Source: Macrostomum lignano
Taxonomy: Eukaryota
NCBI GenBank assembly: GCA_002269645.1
Contig: NIVC01000459.1
Span: 1 to 64,000 of the forward strand
Reading direction: 5' to 3'
DNA: 64,000 bases
Below the pieces are notes generated by a model, which ran no database searches, was not told the origin of the DNA, and was given only the letters and a program-made list of their open reading frames with translations. The position numbers and the translations under genes are program-made. This document shows positions 32,610 through 45,022 of the stretch, in pieces; within the stretch, counting starts at the first letter, position 1; each line of letters opens with the position of its first letter.

Positions 32610-33672
32610 GCCACTGAATTCCCCACTGTCACTGAATTCCCCACTGTCACTGAATTCCCCACTGTCACTGAAATCCCCACTGTCACTGAATTCCCCTTTG
32701 TCACTGAATTCCCCACTGTCCCTGAAATCCCCATTGTCACTGAATTCCCCACTGTCACTGAATTCCCCTTTGTCACTGAATTCCCCACTGTCACTGAATT
32801 CCCCACTGTCACTGAAATCCCCATTGTCACTGAATTCCCCACTGTCACTGAATTCCCCTTTGTCACTGAATTCCCCACTGTCACTGAATTCCCCTTTGTC
32901 ACTAAATTCCCCACTGTCACTGAATTCCCCACTGTCACTGAATTCCCCACTGTCACTGAAATCCCCATTGTCACTGAATTCCCCACTGTCACTGAATTCC
33001 CCTTTGTCACTGAATTCCCCACTGTCACTGAATTCCCCACTGTCACTGAAATCCCCATTGTCACTGAATTCCCCACTGTCACTGAATTCCCCTTTGTCAC
33101 TGAATTCCCCACTGTCACTGAATTCCCCTTTGTCACTAAATTCCCCACTGTCACTGAATTCCCCACTGTCACTGAATTTCCCACTGTCACTGAATTCCCC
33201 ACTGTCACTGAATCCCCCCACTGTCACTAAATTCCCCAATGTCACTGAATTCCCCCACTGTCACTGAATCCCCCAATGTCACTGAATTTCCCAATGTCAC
33301 TGAATTCCCCTTTGTCACTGAATCCCCCACTGTCACTGAATTCCCCACTGTCACTGAATTCCCCACTGTCACTGAATCCCCCCACTGTCACTGAATCCCC
33401 CCACTGTCACTGAATTTCCCAATGTCACTGAATTTCCCACTGTCACTGAATTCCCCACTGTCACTGAATCCCCCCACTGTCACTAAATTCCCCAATGTCA
33501 CTGAATTCCCCCACTGTCACTGAATCCCCCAATGTCACTGAATTTTCCAATGTCACTGAATTCCCCTTTGTCACTGAATCCCCCTTTGTCACTGAATTCC
33601 CCACTGTCACTGAATTCCCCACTGTCACTGAATTCCCCATTTGTCACTGAATTCCCCACTGTCACTGAATTT
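32610..33672. repeat. 18-bp minisatellite (CCACTGTCACTGAATTCC), ~58 copies
   Basis: Tandem units; explains the DSGEFS/LNSPLS ORFs. Confidence 0.95.
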
Positions 33673-33947
33673 CTTCGTCGGAAAGATATTCAGCTACTTC
33701 CCTTTTTATGTTTCTTTTATTGCTTGCCGTTTCTTTGGGGCGCGTGGCTTTCAAGACTAAAAGGAGCGATCAGAGCGACCAGGCAATCCCCTGCCTCGAC
33801 AATACGAGGTGTGACTAAAAAGAAAAAAAAATTTGGAAACAAAATTTATAAATAAAAAATTACAATTTCAGTCAAGCCTCTAAAACCTCAGCCTATAAGG
33901 TACTTGCTGTAATTCTTTATTAATTCTTTTTTTAGGTAATTTAGGTA

Positions 33948-34392
33948 ATTCTCTTTTCGCAGTCGAGATACTGTAGTGTGAGTTGAATTTGATTGGGCAG
34001 CACGGGGAGGGGGCAGCACACGACTCACCCAGCGCACTATCTCAATCCAGCACTGTACAATGCACCGAAGCCCGTCTCTGTTTGGGGTGGCTTTGCTTTG
34101 CGCCATTTTTCAAACCCTCCCTTCCCCGGAGCGAAGGACGAAGGTACAAGTCCGTACAAGCAAGCAAACCTATGGTCAGACTGTGAGTAATGTACAAGCC
34201 TTCGCTATCACATGTGCGTACAGTTTTGCTCAAGTTCCCTTTCTATTGTATCAGCAAGCTAGGTTAATATAAGCTCGTAACAGTGTGCAATCTAATCCTT
34301 AATCATTAACTAGCAATCCGTTGTTTTAGAGTGGTACTCAACTGACATTTTTCAATTGAGTCATTGATCTCCCATTCTCTGGATTTAAGAAC
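33948..34392 (+). other. Non-coding block shared with 44512-44965, directly upstream of each caspase-like gene
   Basis: TACTGTAGTG(T/C)GAGTTGAATTTGATTGGG...CCAGCACTGTACAATGCAC...GGTGGCTTTGCTTTGCG...GTGGTACTCAACTGACATTTTT...TTGATCTCCCATTCTCTGG is collinear in both copies. Confidence 0.85.
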
Positions 34393-34430
34393 CGTATTTT
34401 TCTTTAGACAGACAGGGCAGACAGCTCACG

Positions 34431-37127
34431 ATGAGCGAACAGGTGCTACCAACAACGGATCCGAGTGAGAACAGTGAGTATTGCGCATGCTCAGAGTATC
34501 ATTTGCTTGCAACAATGTTTTCTAATTATTTTCCAATTCTATTGATAATATGTGAGAAATTTATTAATGAATATGCAGTATTCTAATGCAATATACACTG
34601 TATGTCGATATATTTTCAGAAAGTTCAACTCCATACGTGGCATCTCCGGACGATATTCAATTGCAGAATGCTTCCTCGAACTCAGGTAGGTACAAAGCGG
34701 TAATGGTCCAGTTTTAATCCCTGTCAAACGTCCAAATCCCCTTATGTGTAACTAATTTCTTATTTTCCCATTTCCGCTAGAGTGGAACCAAGTCCGAGGA
34801 AAGGCTGACATCTACACTGATCTGCAGGGCGAAGCGATTGAAAAACACCTTAAGGATTTATTGGACCAGTACAGGTGCTTGTTTGACACTATCGGATTGC
34901 AGACAAACCAAGCATCCGCTCCAGCATCAAGACCAACCGCTGTTCAGAGCCCAGAGGTGCAGCGTCGAATCCACATATTTTTCTATCTAGTTGGCTCTTT
35001 AGATTCAAACCAGCGATTTTCGACATCGTTAGCGACGGTCGTGTCGGAACTTCAACAAAACTTCGATTCGTCCTTGCCAATACTGCTTGTGTTCTGCAGG
35101 CTGAAAGACGGGGAGAATCCGAACTCTCCGGATGTTCGTGAAGATGAAGCCTTCTTGCATCAGACATGGCCGGACGATCCGAATATCTCTTTGATTTACA
35201 AGCGCGGCGATGAGAACAATGTACTGTGCTTTTTGGCTGACTTGAAGGACAATATCGAGGACTCGAATGATCCCAAAAATCTGAGCAGCTGTGCCGCCAT
35301 GCATGAGGTGCTGAGACAGTTGGAGCAGCGCAATACGAGACACAAATTTTACATCAAAGGAATCGAAAACAAGCCCGACTTGAGAATTGAGGCTTTTAAA
35401 CCCGAAGATCGCCTGTTGAAAAATCATCCTGATCTGAAGGGAAAATCAAACTTTTCTCCACTTGAAGCACCAGATTTGCCGGGTGACTACTACGAGAACA
35501 ATGGAGATGGACGGGTTCTCATTATTGGCAATGAGCATTTTGATGCGCTAAATCGAAGAAGAGGCACTAGAATTGACTGCGAGAACCTCAGGCACCTGTT
35601 TACTAGCCTCGGAATGTCTGTTGACGTACGCCATGACTTGAAATCGCCCGATATGACGAAGGCTGTAGACGAGTTTTGCCAAATGGAAAAAAATGAAACC
35701 GCAAGCTGTGCAATTTTGGTTATTCTCACGCACGGATCGCAGCACGGGTCGCAGCATCGCCTGTACGGATTTGAGGCTGCCATTGGAGAATTCCCGAATT
35801 GGATCACGGTTGAATATGTCATTCAAAAGCTTTCTGATGCTCCACACCTGGCCCGAAAGCCCAGGCTGCTCATCATCAATGCCTGCCGGATCACTGTTCC
35901 GCCCAGCCAGGACCTGACGGGACCCGAAGGATCCGACGGTCCTACTGTGATTCAAAGCTCTAAGTTTGCTGACCACTTTTTGGCCGGATGTCCCGCGACT
36001 TACACAGACCATTCTCCCAACAGAGCGGGACTAATCGTGGGCTACTCAACCCTGCCAGGTGAGGAGAGCCGCGGTCTGGCGATCAGCGGCTCCAGGTTCA
36101 TCTGCGCCTTGTGCTGGGTCTTCCACCGGTACGCTGGGAATGAGGACGTGCTCTCAATGATCAGCAGGGTCAACAAGGAGATGACCAGTTACGTGCAACA
36201 AAAGGCAAATCCGAAAACTGAACTCCCGGAGCGAACTCGACATCAACTGCCAAGCTGGATGGTTGAGACCACTAAGAAGTTCTACTTGGTGAAAATTGTT
36301 CCGGCTCCAGACAGGTATTCCCATTTCAGTATAAAAGAATTGGAATGATTTAAGTAGAGGAGAAACGTTTCTTGAAAAGTCTTTTAAAGACTGGCTTCGC
36401 ATGATGAAAGTTAAGAACTTTTCATTTTCAGCACAAAGACTAGCAATCATGCCCCCCCCCGTTGCAGAGGAAATAAATGATAGGAATGATAGGTATTGCT
36501 AGTGTCCCAAGAAAATGATGTTTAAAGCAAAAAGCTTCCGCCCTGAAAGCCAGCTATCTAGCCTAAGATATCAGCATCCTCTGTGAGCAACTTTGGTAGC
36601 AAAGCCTTGCTTTAAGCCATGGCTTAACCCTAACCCTGCTTGGCCCACCAAAAGCTTCCAATTGATTCTTGGCATCTCCGCAATCGCCCATGAGCATTGA
36701 CATCTTAGCAGGACATCCTAAAATTCTTTCTGGGGTCATTTCACCGAAGTTTGTATGCAGTCTGTGAAGACGTTCAAAGAAATGAAGTTTTATGGCTTAG
36801 CAAGATATTCAACAAAGCAATTGCAACTCAATCGCTATTGAACTCAAAAAACTGAACTTCAGAACACCCGGAATCAGCAGTCAGATGCTGGAGTGCCCGC
36901 TGGCTGCACTGGGGTGCACCTTCGAGACCATCGATCCGAGCGATATGGCTCGCCATCAGGAATCGGAGGCGGAGTTTCACCGTCAGAAGTGCGGCGATCT
37001 GTTGAGAGACATCAACAGCAAAGAAAACGAATTGAATGACAAAAGAAAAGAAATTAGTCAACTTCATGAAGAAGTTGCGCGGTACAAGAAGATGGCTAAT
37101 GCGCGAATTGATTCGGCCGAGCAATAG
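34431..37127 (+). CDS. Atypical caspase-family protein A: N-terminal alpha/beta domain + C14 caspase domain + TRAF-type zinc finger + coiled coil, ~635 aa
   Basis: Exons 34431-34473, 34620-34685, 34781-36314, 36863-37127 (phases 1, 1, 2) join to 1908 nt in frame. GRVLIIGNEHF, RRGTRIDCENL, ILTHG, KPRLLIINACR, GYSTLPG, GSRFICALC; last exon CPLAALGC-x12-H-x7-H then a helical segment. Confidence 0.88.
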
Positions 37128-37514
37128 ATGACATGACAATCATTTGTAGTGTAGTAATGGTCATTTTGGGATAAAAATTCGCTTTGCTCTTGCACTACTA
37201 TCAGTAGTTTTTGCGTAAGGAATATCGGTTAGATAGTTCCCATTAGAATCCCATAGCTCAGACTAAACAAAAATTAGATCGGCATTAACTTAGGATTAGG
37301 AGTCCCTCTCAAGCACATGAGGAATAAAGAAGAGTCTATATAAGGTGTTTTAACTAACTTTTTGTACAACTTCAAAAGTTTGATAGTATCCTTCGCTCAA
37401 CATAACTCTCTTTGGATTTCTGTTTTAATTATTAATTTCTCATACGCTCGCACTAATATTAATAAAAAGGAACATCAGGAACTCGGTGTAGCAAAAACAA
37501 CCGAATCACACCCG

Positions 37515-38118
37515 CAGGCAGTTGTCACCGCAGGCAGTTGTCACCGCAGGCAGTTGTCACCGCAGGCAGTTGTCACCGCAGGCAGTTGTCACCGCAGGCA
37601 GTTGTCACCGCAGGCAGTTGTCACCGCAGGCAGTTGTCACCGCAGGCAGTTGTCACCGCAGGCAGTTGTCACCGCAGGCAGTTGTCACCGCAGGCAGTTG
37701 TCACCGCAGGCAGTTGTCACCGCAGGCAGTTGTCACCGCAGGCAGTTGTCACCGCAGGCAGTTGTCACCGCAGGCAGTTGTCACCGCAGGCAGTTGTCAC
37801 CGCAGGCAGTTGTCACCGCAGGCAGTTGTCACCGCAGGCAGTTGTCACCGCAGGCAGTTGTCACCGCAGGCAGTTGTCACCGCAGGCAGTTGTCACCACA
37901 GGCAGTTGTCACCGCAGGCAGTTGTCACCGCAGGCAGTTGTCACCGCAGGCAGTTGTCACCGCAGGCAGTTGTCACCGCAGGCAGTTGTCACCGCAGGCA
38001 GTTGTCACCGCAGGCAGTTGTCACCGCAGGCAGCTGTCACGCAGGCAGTTGTCACCGCAGGCAGTTGTCACCGCAGGCAGTTGTCACCGCAGGCAGCTGT
38101 CACGCAGGCAGTTGTCTT
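37515..38118. repeat. 16-bp minisatellite (GCAGGCAGTTGTCACC), ~37 copies
   Basis: Near-perfect tandem units. Confidence 0.97.
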
Positions 38119-39749
38119 GCTACGCACCACGCCCTCCTGTCTCCCGCTGCCTTTTTCGCTTCGCTTCTTTTCCTGCTCGCCAACTGCTCCTGCCAAAACA
38201 CAGCCTCTGAGACGCCTACCCGGTAGAGCGCCAGCACGAAGAATCACCACCGTAAGCGTCATCCTGCCTTCTTTCTTTGAGGTTCAGTGCAATTAGGGCC
38301 TGTGCGTTTGCTGCGACCCTGGTTGCCGGCCTACTGCCTGCGCGTTAGGTGCAGCAGGACTGGGTTCTGAGCCTCCCAATTGTATAGAGTGGGCGGGACA
38401 AAGCCGGCTTGTTATTCTCGGGACACAACAGCATGATACGTAATCAACTAATTAATAAAGACTAAATAAATTTAAACAGTAGTCTAGACCAGTAAGCTAT
38501 TGTGGCAGTAGTGTAAACTCTGGGGCAGAAAAACTACACGAACGAGATACGAGTACGAACGATTGAAATTCTGCCCGAAATTTGCTTGCTTGTTTGCTTC
38601 CTTGCTAATCCTGACTCGAATAGATTATCCACAAATCTAACAAAGCCACCTAGATTTAACAAATTGATCCATTGAACCTTAAAGAATCCTTCATATTTTA
38701 TTCTCTGTAAGATAACATTACTGCAATTGTGAAAACATCAAATACATCGTTTTGTATGTTAATACCTCTGATTGCATCATCAGGAAAAGTTAGTTGAATC
38801 CGCCGCCTCAGTTATTTGGCTCTCATAACGATAATCGAAGTTTACTGTGAGCACAGATTGATAAACAAATGTGCAGAGTACAGCACACTGGGATACACTG
38901 TGAGCACAGGTTGATAAGCAAATGTGAAGTTTGCTAGCCGAAATCTGCTAGCGAGAATCCGACAAAAACCGGTTAGCAGCAATTTGGCTGGCCGAACTCA
39001 CGAAGTTGTAATTTGCTGAGACAATTTTGTTTGTACAATTTCGCGAGAAACTTATCAGGACTTATCAAGACAATATTAAATTTGCTTTTAATAATCGCTC
39101 TTTTCGACTCTTATTTGTTGTGTTGATTAGCAGTGGCGCAAATTACAGTACGAGTATATACATGTAATTGGGTCCTGCATTGTTTTGTAATATACCAGGT
39201 ACATGTAATGCAATTGAAAATTACCCAATCAGAAATTTCTTTGTGGTACTCGTATGACAAGAATCTGATTGTACTTCATAGACTCGTACAAAATGTTTTT
39301 GTTAATTCTATGCTCGCTCACACTTTAAAATTTGGCTACTTTGGTCCAGATAAACCTATTTTTAAGGTTTTTTAGGAAAAGGCCGATTGGTAAAAAATTA
39401 CAGGCGTGCCCAACACTACAATCATAAAATTTGAAGGCAGGTAGTCAGATATGTTAAGTTTTAAGTTAAGTTAAGTTTTTAAGTTTTAAGTTAAGTTTTA
39501 ACATATCTACACAAACTTCGGCCATCAAATTTCGGCTAGCAGATTTCGGCAAGCAAAGGCACCTGGTAGAGGCACACCTGGCAGGGGAACTTGGCGGAGG
39601 CACCTGGTTGAGGCGCAGTTGGCGGATGCACCTGTCGGAGGCACACCTAGTAACCTCAATTACTTTCCGCAAGTACCCGAATGGGCATTGGACCCCAGTA
39701 TAATCCTGTTTTCTGACAATCAGTGTCTCGATCGTTGAAAATTTTTCGC

Positions 39750-41843
39750 TTCAACAACATCAACAACAACAACAACAAACTACAGCAACCCTGGGCAAGC
39801 CAAGTTGGGTTGCTGTCAAAAGGCGCGCGCAAGCGCAGATTTGCGCAGAAAACGAGTCCGCGGGAGTCAGAGATTTCAGCGTCTCTTAAAAGCAGGTCGA
39901 CCAAACGCAAACTTCTCGCCTGATCAAGCCGCCGCGGCCCTTGAAGGGATAGCAGCAGCACGTCGTGAAGCGGCTCAGGGCAGTTCTGCTCTGCCCGAAT
40001 AACGTGGCCGACCAGCTGTAGGCGCCGGATGCGCAGCAGCTGGCTGGGTCGGGAGAGCTGGGCCTGTCGGTAAAGCTCGTCATTGCTGGTGTTGGAGGAG
40101 GCGGTCGGCGAGTAGTGGACACCGAAGGCGGCTCTCAGGAGTCCAGCGTGAGCGGCGTCCGAGTTGCCGCTCCTGCGGGCCGGTCTGTCCACGTTTCAGC
40201 GTTGTAAAGGAGGACGGTTTCAATGACAGCCTGGAACAGCCGCCCTCTCAGCCGATCCGGCAGCGTGGGGCTCTGCAGAACAGGCTACACGGTGCGGAAT
40301 GCGCCCCAGGCAAGCGCCCTGCGCCGTGCCATGTCCTCGGTGATGCTTGGCACCAGACCACCGAGGTAGACTAGGTTGGAGAGTCGCTATTCGGGGTGCC
40401 GCGTGCTTGTTCTGCAGCAGAGCAAGAATCTTTTTGAGTCGTTAGGGAGGCCAGTGCGCAGTACCCAGTCCAGGACCAGGACGAACAGAAATGGAGCCAA
40501 GTTGTTCCCTTGGAGAACGCCGGAAGACGTCGAAAAAGTCAGAAAGGCCATCCGGTGTCCCAACTGCCGCCCTACTCTCCTGGTACAGAGCTAACACAGC
40601 CGTCACCAGCTGCTCGGGTACGCGATACGCGCGCAGGATGTTCGCAATGAACTGCCTCGACACCGAGTCAAAGGCCTTCAGGAAGTCTAAGAAGATGCAG
40701 ATGATGGTCGACTGGTGGATGCGGGCCTCTTCTAAAATTCGACGCAGAGCGAGAATTTGGGTCACGGTGCCTCTGCCTGGCCGGAATCCGTTTTGCTCGC
40801 GCCGAAGGAACGGGTCCAGCACTGGCTGCAGCCGCGATTGCGGAACTCTGTTAAACAGCTTAGCTGTGCAGGACATTAGCGAAATCCGCGATGTTTTTTG
40901 ACCTTGATGGAACCTGGTTTCTTTGGGATCCCGAAGATGTCTCGAAGTAGTCCGCCACTCAGCTGGGGCGGTGCCCCCAGCTAGCACGCAGTTCATCACT
41001 CACGGGACTTCCAGCGCGACCTGCGGGAGGCGCAGCACCTCGACAGGCACGTCGTCGGGTCCAGTAGCCTTGTTGCCTGGTGTCTTCTTTGCAAGTTGGA
41101 GCACCTCGTCGATGGTGATGGGGCTGATGTTAAAGGAGCTCTCCTCTGGCAGCTCAACCTCCGTGGGCAATGACATGTCGTCCCTTTGCGGCGGACGGGG
41201 CACGTTGACGATACCAGAGAAGAAGGTCCGCAGCTCGTTTCGCCTCTCTTCGGGCGTGTCAGCCGCCAGTTTCAGAGCGTTGCGTCTCTCGCGGCCTGTC
41301 AGTTGGTTGACGACCGAACAGACGGCACGCGTTTCTCGTCGGGACCGGCGTCCGTGATCTCCTGAATAGCGGTCTCTACCGCGGCGCGTTGCCGGGCTTT
41401 AAATGTCTCCGCTAGAGTCTTCTCTTCCTTCTCCGCGGGCTGTCCGCTCCTCCGCAGTCTCTCCACTGTCAGCCGGGCCTACCGCAGCACTTCGTCGTTC
41501 TGCCACTCTGAACGACTCCTTTCTGCTGGCTTCACCAGCGGCAGAGTTTTGGTGGTGGCAGCTTGGATGGCGGCACTGATGTCCGGGTACTCGGCTGGGG
41601 TTGTTGTATCCGGCCGTTCTTCCAGCGCCTCGGCAAATGCCAGACAGAAGCGGCCACTTGTAACCGGGTCGCGTAGGGCGCGGAAGTAGCGCTTTGACTT
41701 TTTTCGGTGGTCGATATAGCGGATCCCTCAGGCGCAGGTCGCAGTGGAGCACTGCCAACGGAGCCTCCGTATCGCATTAGTTACTCGTCGTCGTTCTCGC
41801 TGGCGAAGCAGCACGTGGTCCAGCTGTGCGAGTCTCTTCGTAG
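39750..41843 (-). mobile_element. Decayed, 5'-truncated and internally deleted RTE-like non-LTR retrotransposon
   Basis: Minus-strand fragments: LAQLDHVLL (APE C-end), SPITIDEV...KATGPDDVPVEVL, ISLMSCTAKLFNR...REQNGFRPGR...FLDFLKAFDSV (RT domains 1-3), YLGG...RRALAWGAF; the YADD region is deleted near 40385; frameshifts and stops; (TTG)n-type tail at ~39752-39778. Confidence 0.88.
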
Positions 41844-41844
41844 C

Positions 41845-42057
41845 AAAATGATTAGAAACAGTTTGAAACTGCACTCGAAATGCGTTGAAGGTCTAGGGTA
41901 GTATAGTCTAGAATATGACAACTGCACTATTAGCTCGTATCTAGAATATAGTAACTGTTTTATCTAGCATATCTAACATAGCTCTCTCTAATATTCTTTA
42001 CTACCCTAGACCTTCAACGCATTTCGAGTGCAGTTTCAAACTGTTTGTAATCATTTT
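41845..42057. mobile_element. ~213-bp foldback/MITE-like element with ~59-bp inverted arms
   Basis: AAAATGATTAGAAACAGTTTGAAACTGCACTCGAAATGCGTTGAAGGTCTAGGGTAGTA and its reverse complement at 41999-42057 (1 mismatch). Confidence 0.8.
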
Positions 42058-44511
42058 TCTAAAAGCTGAATCGCTTTTTTTCAATGATTATTATTCGATA
42101 TTATTGGGTAGATGAAATATTACTTTCGAAATTCTATGAATAGTCCTTAGTCGTTAGTCTTTCAAATAACATTACTGTTCTTTTCCGCTAAGGCTGCGTA
42201 ACGGGAGCAGATGCGATAATATTCCTTGCGAATAACGAAGCAATTTTACGGCATTAAAAGGTACATTTAAGCACGAAACTTAACTGCTTCAAATGGCAAT
42301 TTTTTTCATTAAGTGTGTCTTTATTCCCTCGGTTAACGATCACCGCAGAAAGTGACGATCACTAATGTAAAGAATAGGGGACTTTTGAAACAACACATTT
42401 CAATCCGGCATCGACAGGACAGTTTGTGCCAAGCTGTGCCACTAACTGTTAAAAAAGCCCAATTTCGACACACTTCGACAATTATTTTGCTCTTTGTTCA
42501 AATTGATTCTGTTCTGTCTGGAAGATTACTAGTTTTTTTATAAACTGATGTAGCTGATGACTAATGACTATTGTTATTGACTATGGACCCTCAGCTCCAT
42601 TCGACGCTGCTTGACGCTACTGCTAATTCACGGACTCGCTTGAAGACGTGGCGAAACTTGCTCCTTAGGGCATCTAATAACGAAAATTTATGTTGGAAGT
42701 GTAGTGAGGAGGATCGAGGGCTTCGCATGATGGTACCCACGATGACTGGGTAAGTAGTCAGCTTTGACTTTTTTGTTTTGGTTAGAAGGCATATATATCC
42801 TTTGAACATGATATCTTTATAGTTTATTTGCAGTTTTCCCATTAAAGTTTCAACGCTAACTTGCAAGTAGCCTTGGAGGAGTTAAGTTACAAACATACAT
42901 ACATACATACATACATACATACATACATACAAACTATACACGTCACATTAAGTATATTCAGAGGTTCGAAAAATCTTTTCAAGGCGTCACAATAATAGCT
43001 TAAAGACTTAAAGTTTACCGTGGGTAAATAGGTAAACTCGTCACAGTAACAGCTGTAGATAACTGCCAACCTACAGCTGTTAACCCCGAGCTTTGGGAAA
43101 CTAAGTAAAAATTGAAGCGAAAATTTATGCATGTGAAAAAAACACATAAGAAAACGCGGCAATGATTTAAAAGGAAATGCAGATCATTTATTATTCCAGC
43201 TTATTATTATAAAATTTTGTTCATTATACTTTTAAAATTCTTACAGCAAATGTTCGCTTATTGAAGTAGTTATTTTAAGACATTCCAACCACTCATTTTC
43301 ACTGCATATTCCTTTTCAGATAGAGTGCAAAACTTGTTCTCTTTGGTTTCATGAAGTGTGCGTCCCGACAGTCCAGCACCCTGAGTTGTTCTTACTGTGA
43401 CGTGGGACTTTGATTTCAAAACATTTACCGCAACTACGAGTATGCTACAATATTTATTCCAACTGTAATTCTCTATCACATCGGAACTAGAAATTATTCG
43501 ATTTTACTGACTCACACAGCCACGTGCATAATAAGATGACCCTCAAGAGCGATCCTTGTCTTCCACCTTCACATGCTCCATCAGTTATTGATCTGTAAGA
43601 CGTGGTGTTTTACGTGCGCTTGTACTCGTAGTCGTAAATCCTAGTCGGGCTTGATAAGTTTCTATAGGCTGCAAACGTAAAATAACGCATAGTGCACAGC
43701 ACATCTTCTACACATATTTCCAACGAACTATCTGAATGTCGGGATGGATGTTACAGTTTGTTCGTCTGTGGTTGAGTGTGAGTCTCCTGATTATCTTTGC
43801 CAAATATATAAACATCATATTTCTATGTGATTTGTCAGTGCAGTTGGATACGTACTTGCAGTGTATCCTAATCCCAACCTCTCAAGAGAGTTTAGGTCTT
43901 TTTATATTTTTGCCCGTTTTTTCAACAGTTTCTACTGTTTTTCTGTTGTTCTCAATGGGAAACAATGGAAAGAGACACGCAGGGTGAATGATAGAAACGT
44001 TGGCTTTTCAGTGTTGTTCTCCGGGTGTCCAGTCTGTCTGCATAGCCGTCAGTCCTCATCCAGGATATCGAGAACTCGATCAGCGAGAGCATTGGAGCCT
44101 AGAGCACATGGGTGGACCGACCAGGGCAAATCAGCGAAATTTGGACAGTCCTGTCTGCTTCAAACTGCTCAACCTAGTTGTAGACGATCATCTCCTTACC
44201 TCACTAACCTCATTAATAGTGACTAAATCGGCATGAATCGCCGGCGATTTTTGCCAAAATGCCAAGCTTCCAAGGCGTTAAATTGGAATACGAGCGTATC
44301 ACACAGTCTTTTTGGCTTTTTCTGTAGCTTGGCATTGAGATAGGCATTGCATTGAGGCAGGCATTGAGCTTCACTAAAAACAATGTGAAAAAATATACTT
44401 CTACGTACGTACTTTAGCCTGCCTCATATGAAAGCTAAGAAAATATGCTTTAAGAAGACATGGCGTAGATAAACTTTGGTCAAATTCAATTTTTTGAAAT
44501 TGTCACAAAGC

Positions 44512-44965
44512 AATTCTCGTTCGTTTCTCTTTTTCTTATCAAGGTACTGTAGTGCGAGTTGAATTTGATTGGGAAGCACGAGAGAGGGGGCAGCACACGA
44601 CTTACTCAGTACTATCCCAATCCAGCACTGTACAATGCACTGAAGCTTGCCTATGTTTTGGGTGGCTTTGCTTTGCGACATTTTTTTCAAACCCTCCCTC
44701 CCCGGGTAAAAGCAAGCAAAGCTATTGTCTGACTACGAGTAACGTACAAGCGTACGCAGTACGCTATCACTGTGCATTTAGTTTTGCTGAAGTTCCCTTT
44801 CTATCTAAAAGCTAGGTTAATATAAGCACGTAACTAAAGGGTGGAAAGGTAAGTTTCTGAGCAATCTAATCCTTGATAGTTAACTAACAATCCGTTGTTT
44901 TAGTGGTACTCAACTGACATTTTTCTATAGAGTAATTGATCTCCCATTCTCTGGCTTTAAGGACC
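44512..44965 (+). other. Second copy of the shared non-coding block upstream of caspase-like gene B
   Basis: Collinear with 33948-34392. Confidence 0.85.
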
Positions 44966-45022
44966 TTGTCGATTCCTGTCCGTATTTTGGTGGTCTGCAA
45001 GAAATCGGAACTGCAATTCGAA

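Noticed and set aside
32493-33855. DSGEFS-repeat ORF resembling a low-complexity protein
   Set aside because: 18-bp array open in several frames; no splice sites or unique coding flanks.
38720-38790. Penelope-type minimal hammerhead on the minus strand (CCTGATGATG...CAAAACG)
   Set aside because: The core GAAA is broken, and no convincing GIY-YIG/RT frame is nearby.
42571-44240. Third caspase copy or another gene between the paralogues
   Set aside because: Short ORFs with possible splice sites but no recognisable motif or similarity to the flanking genes.
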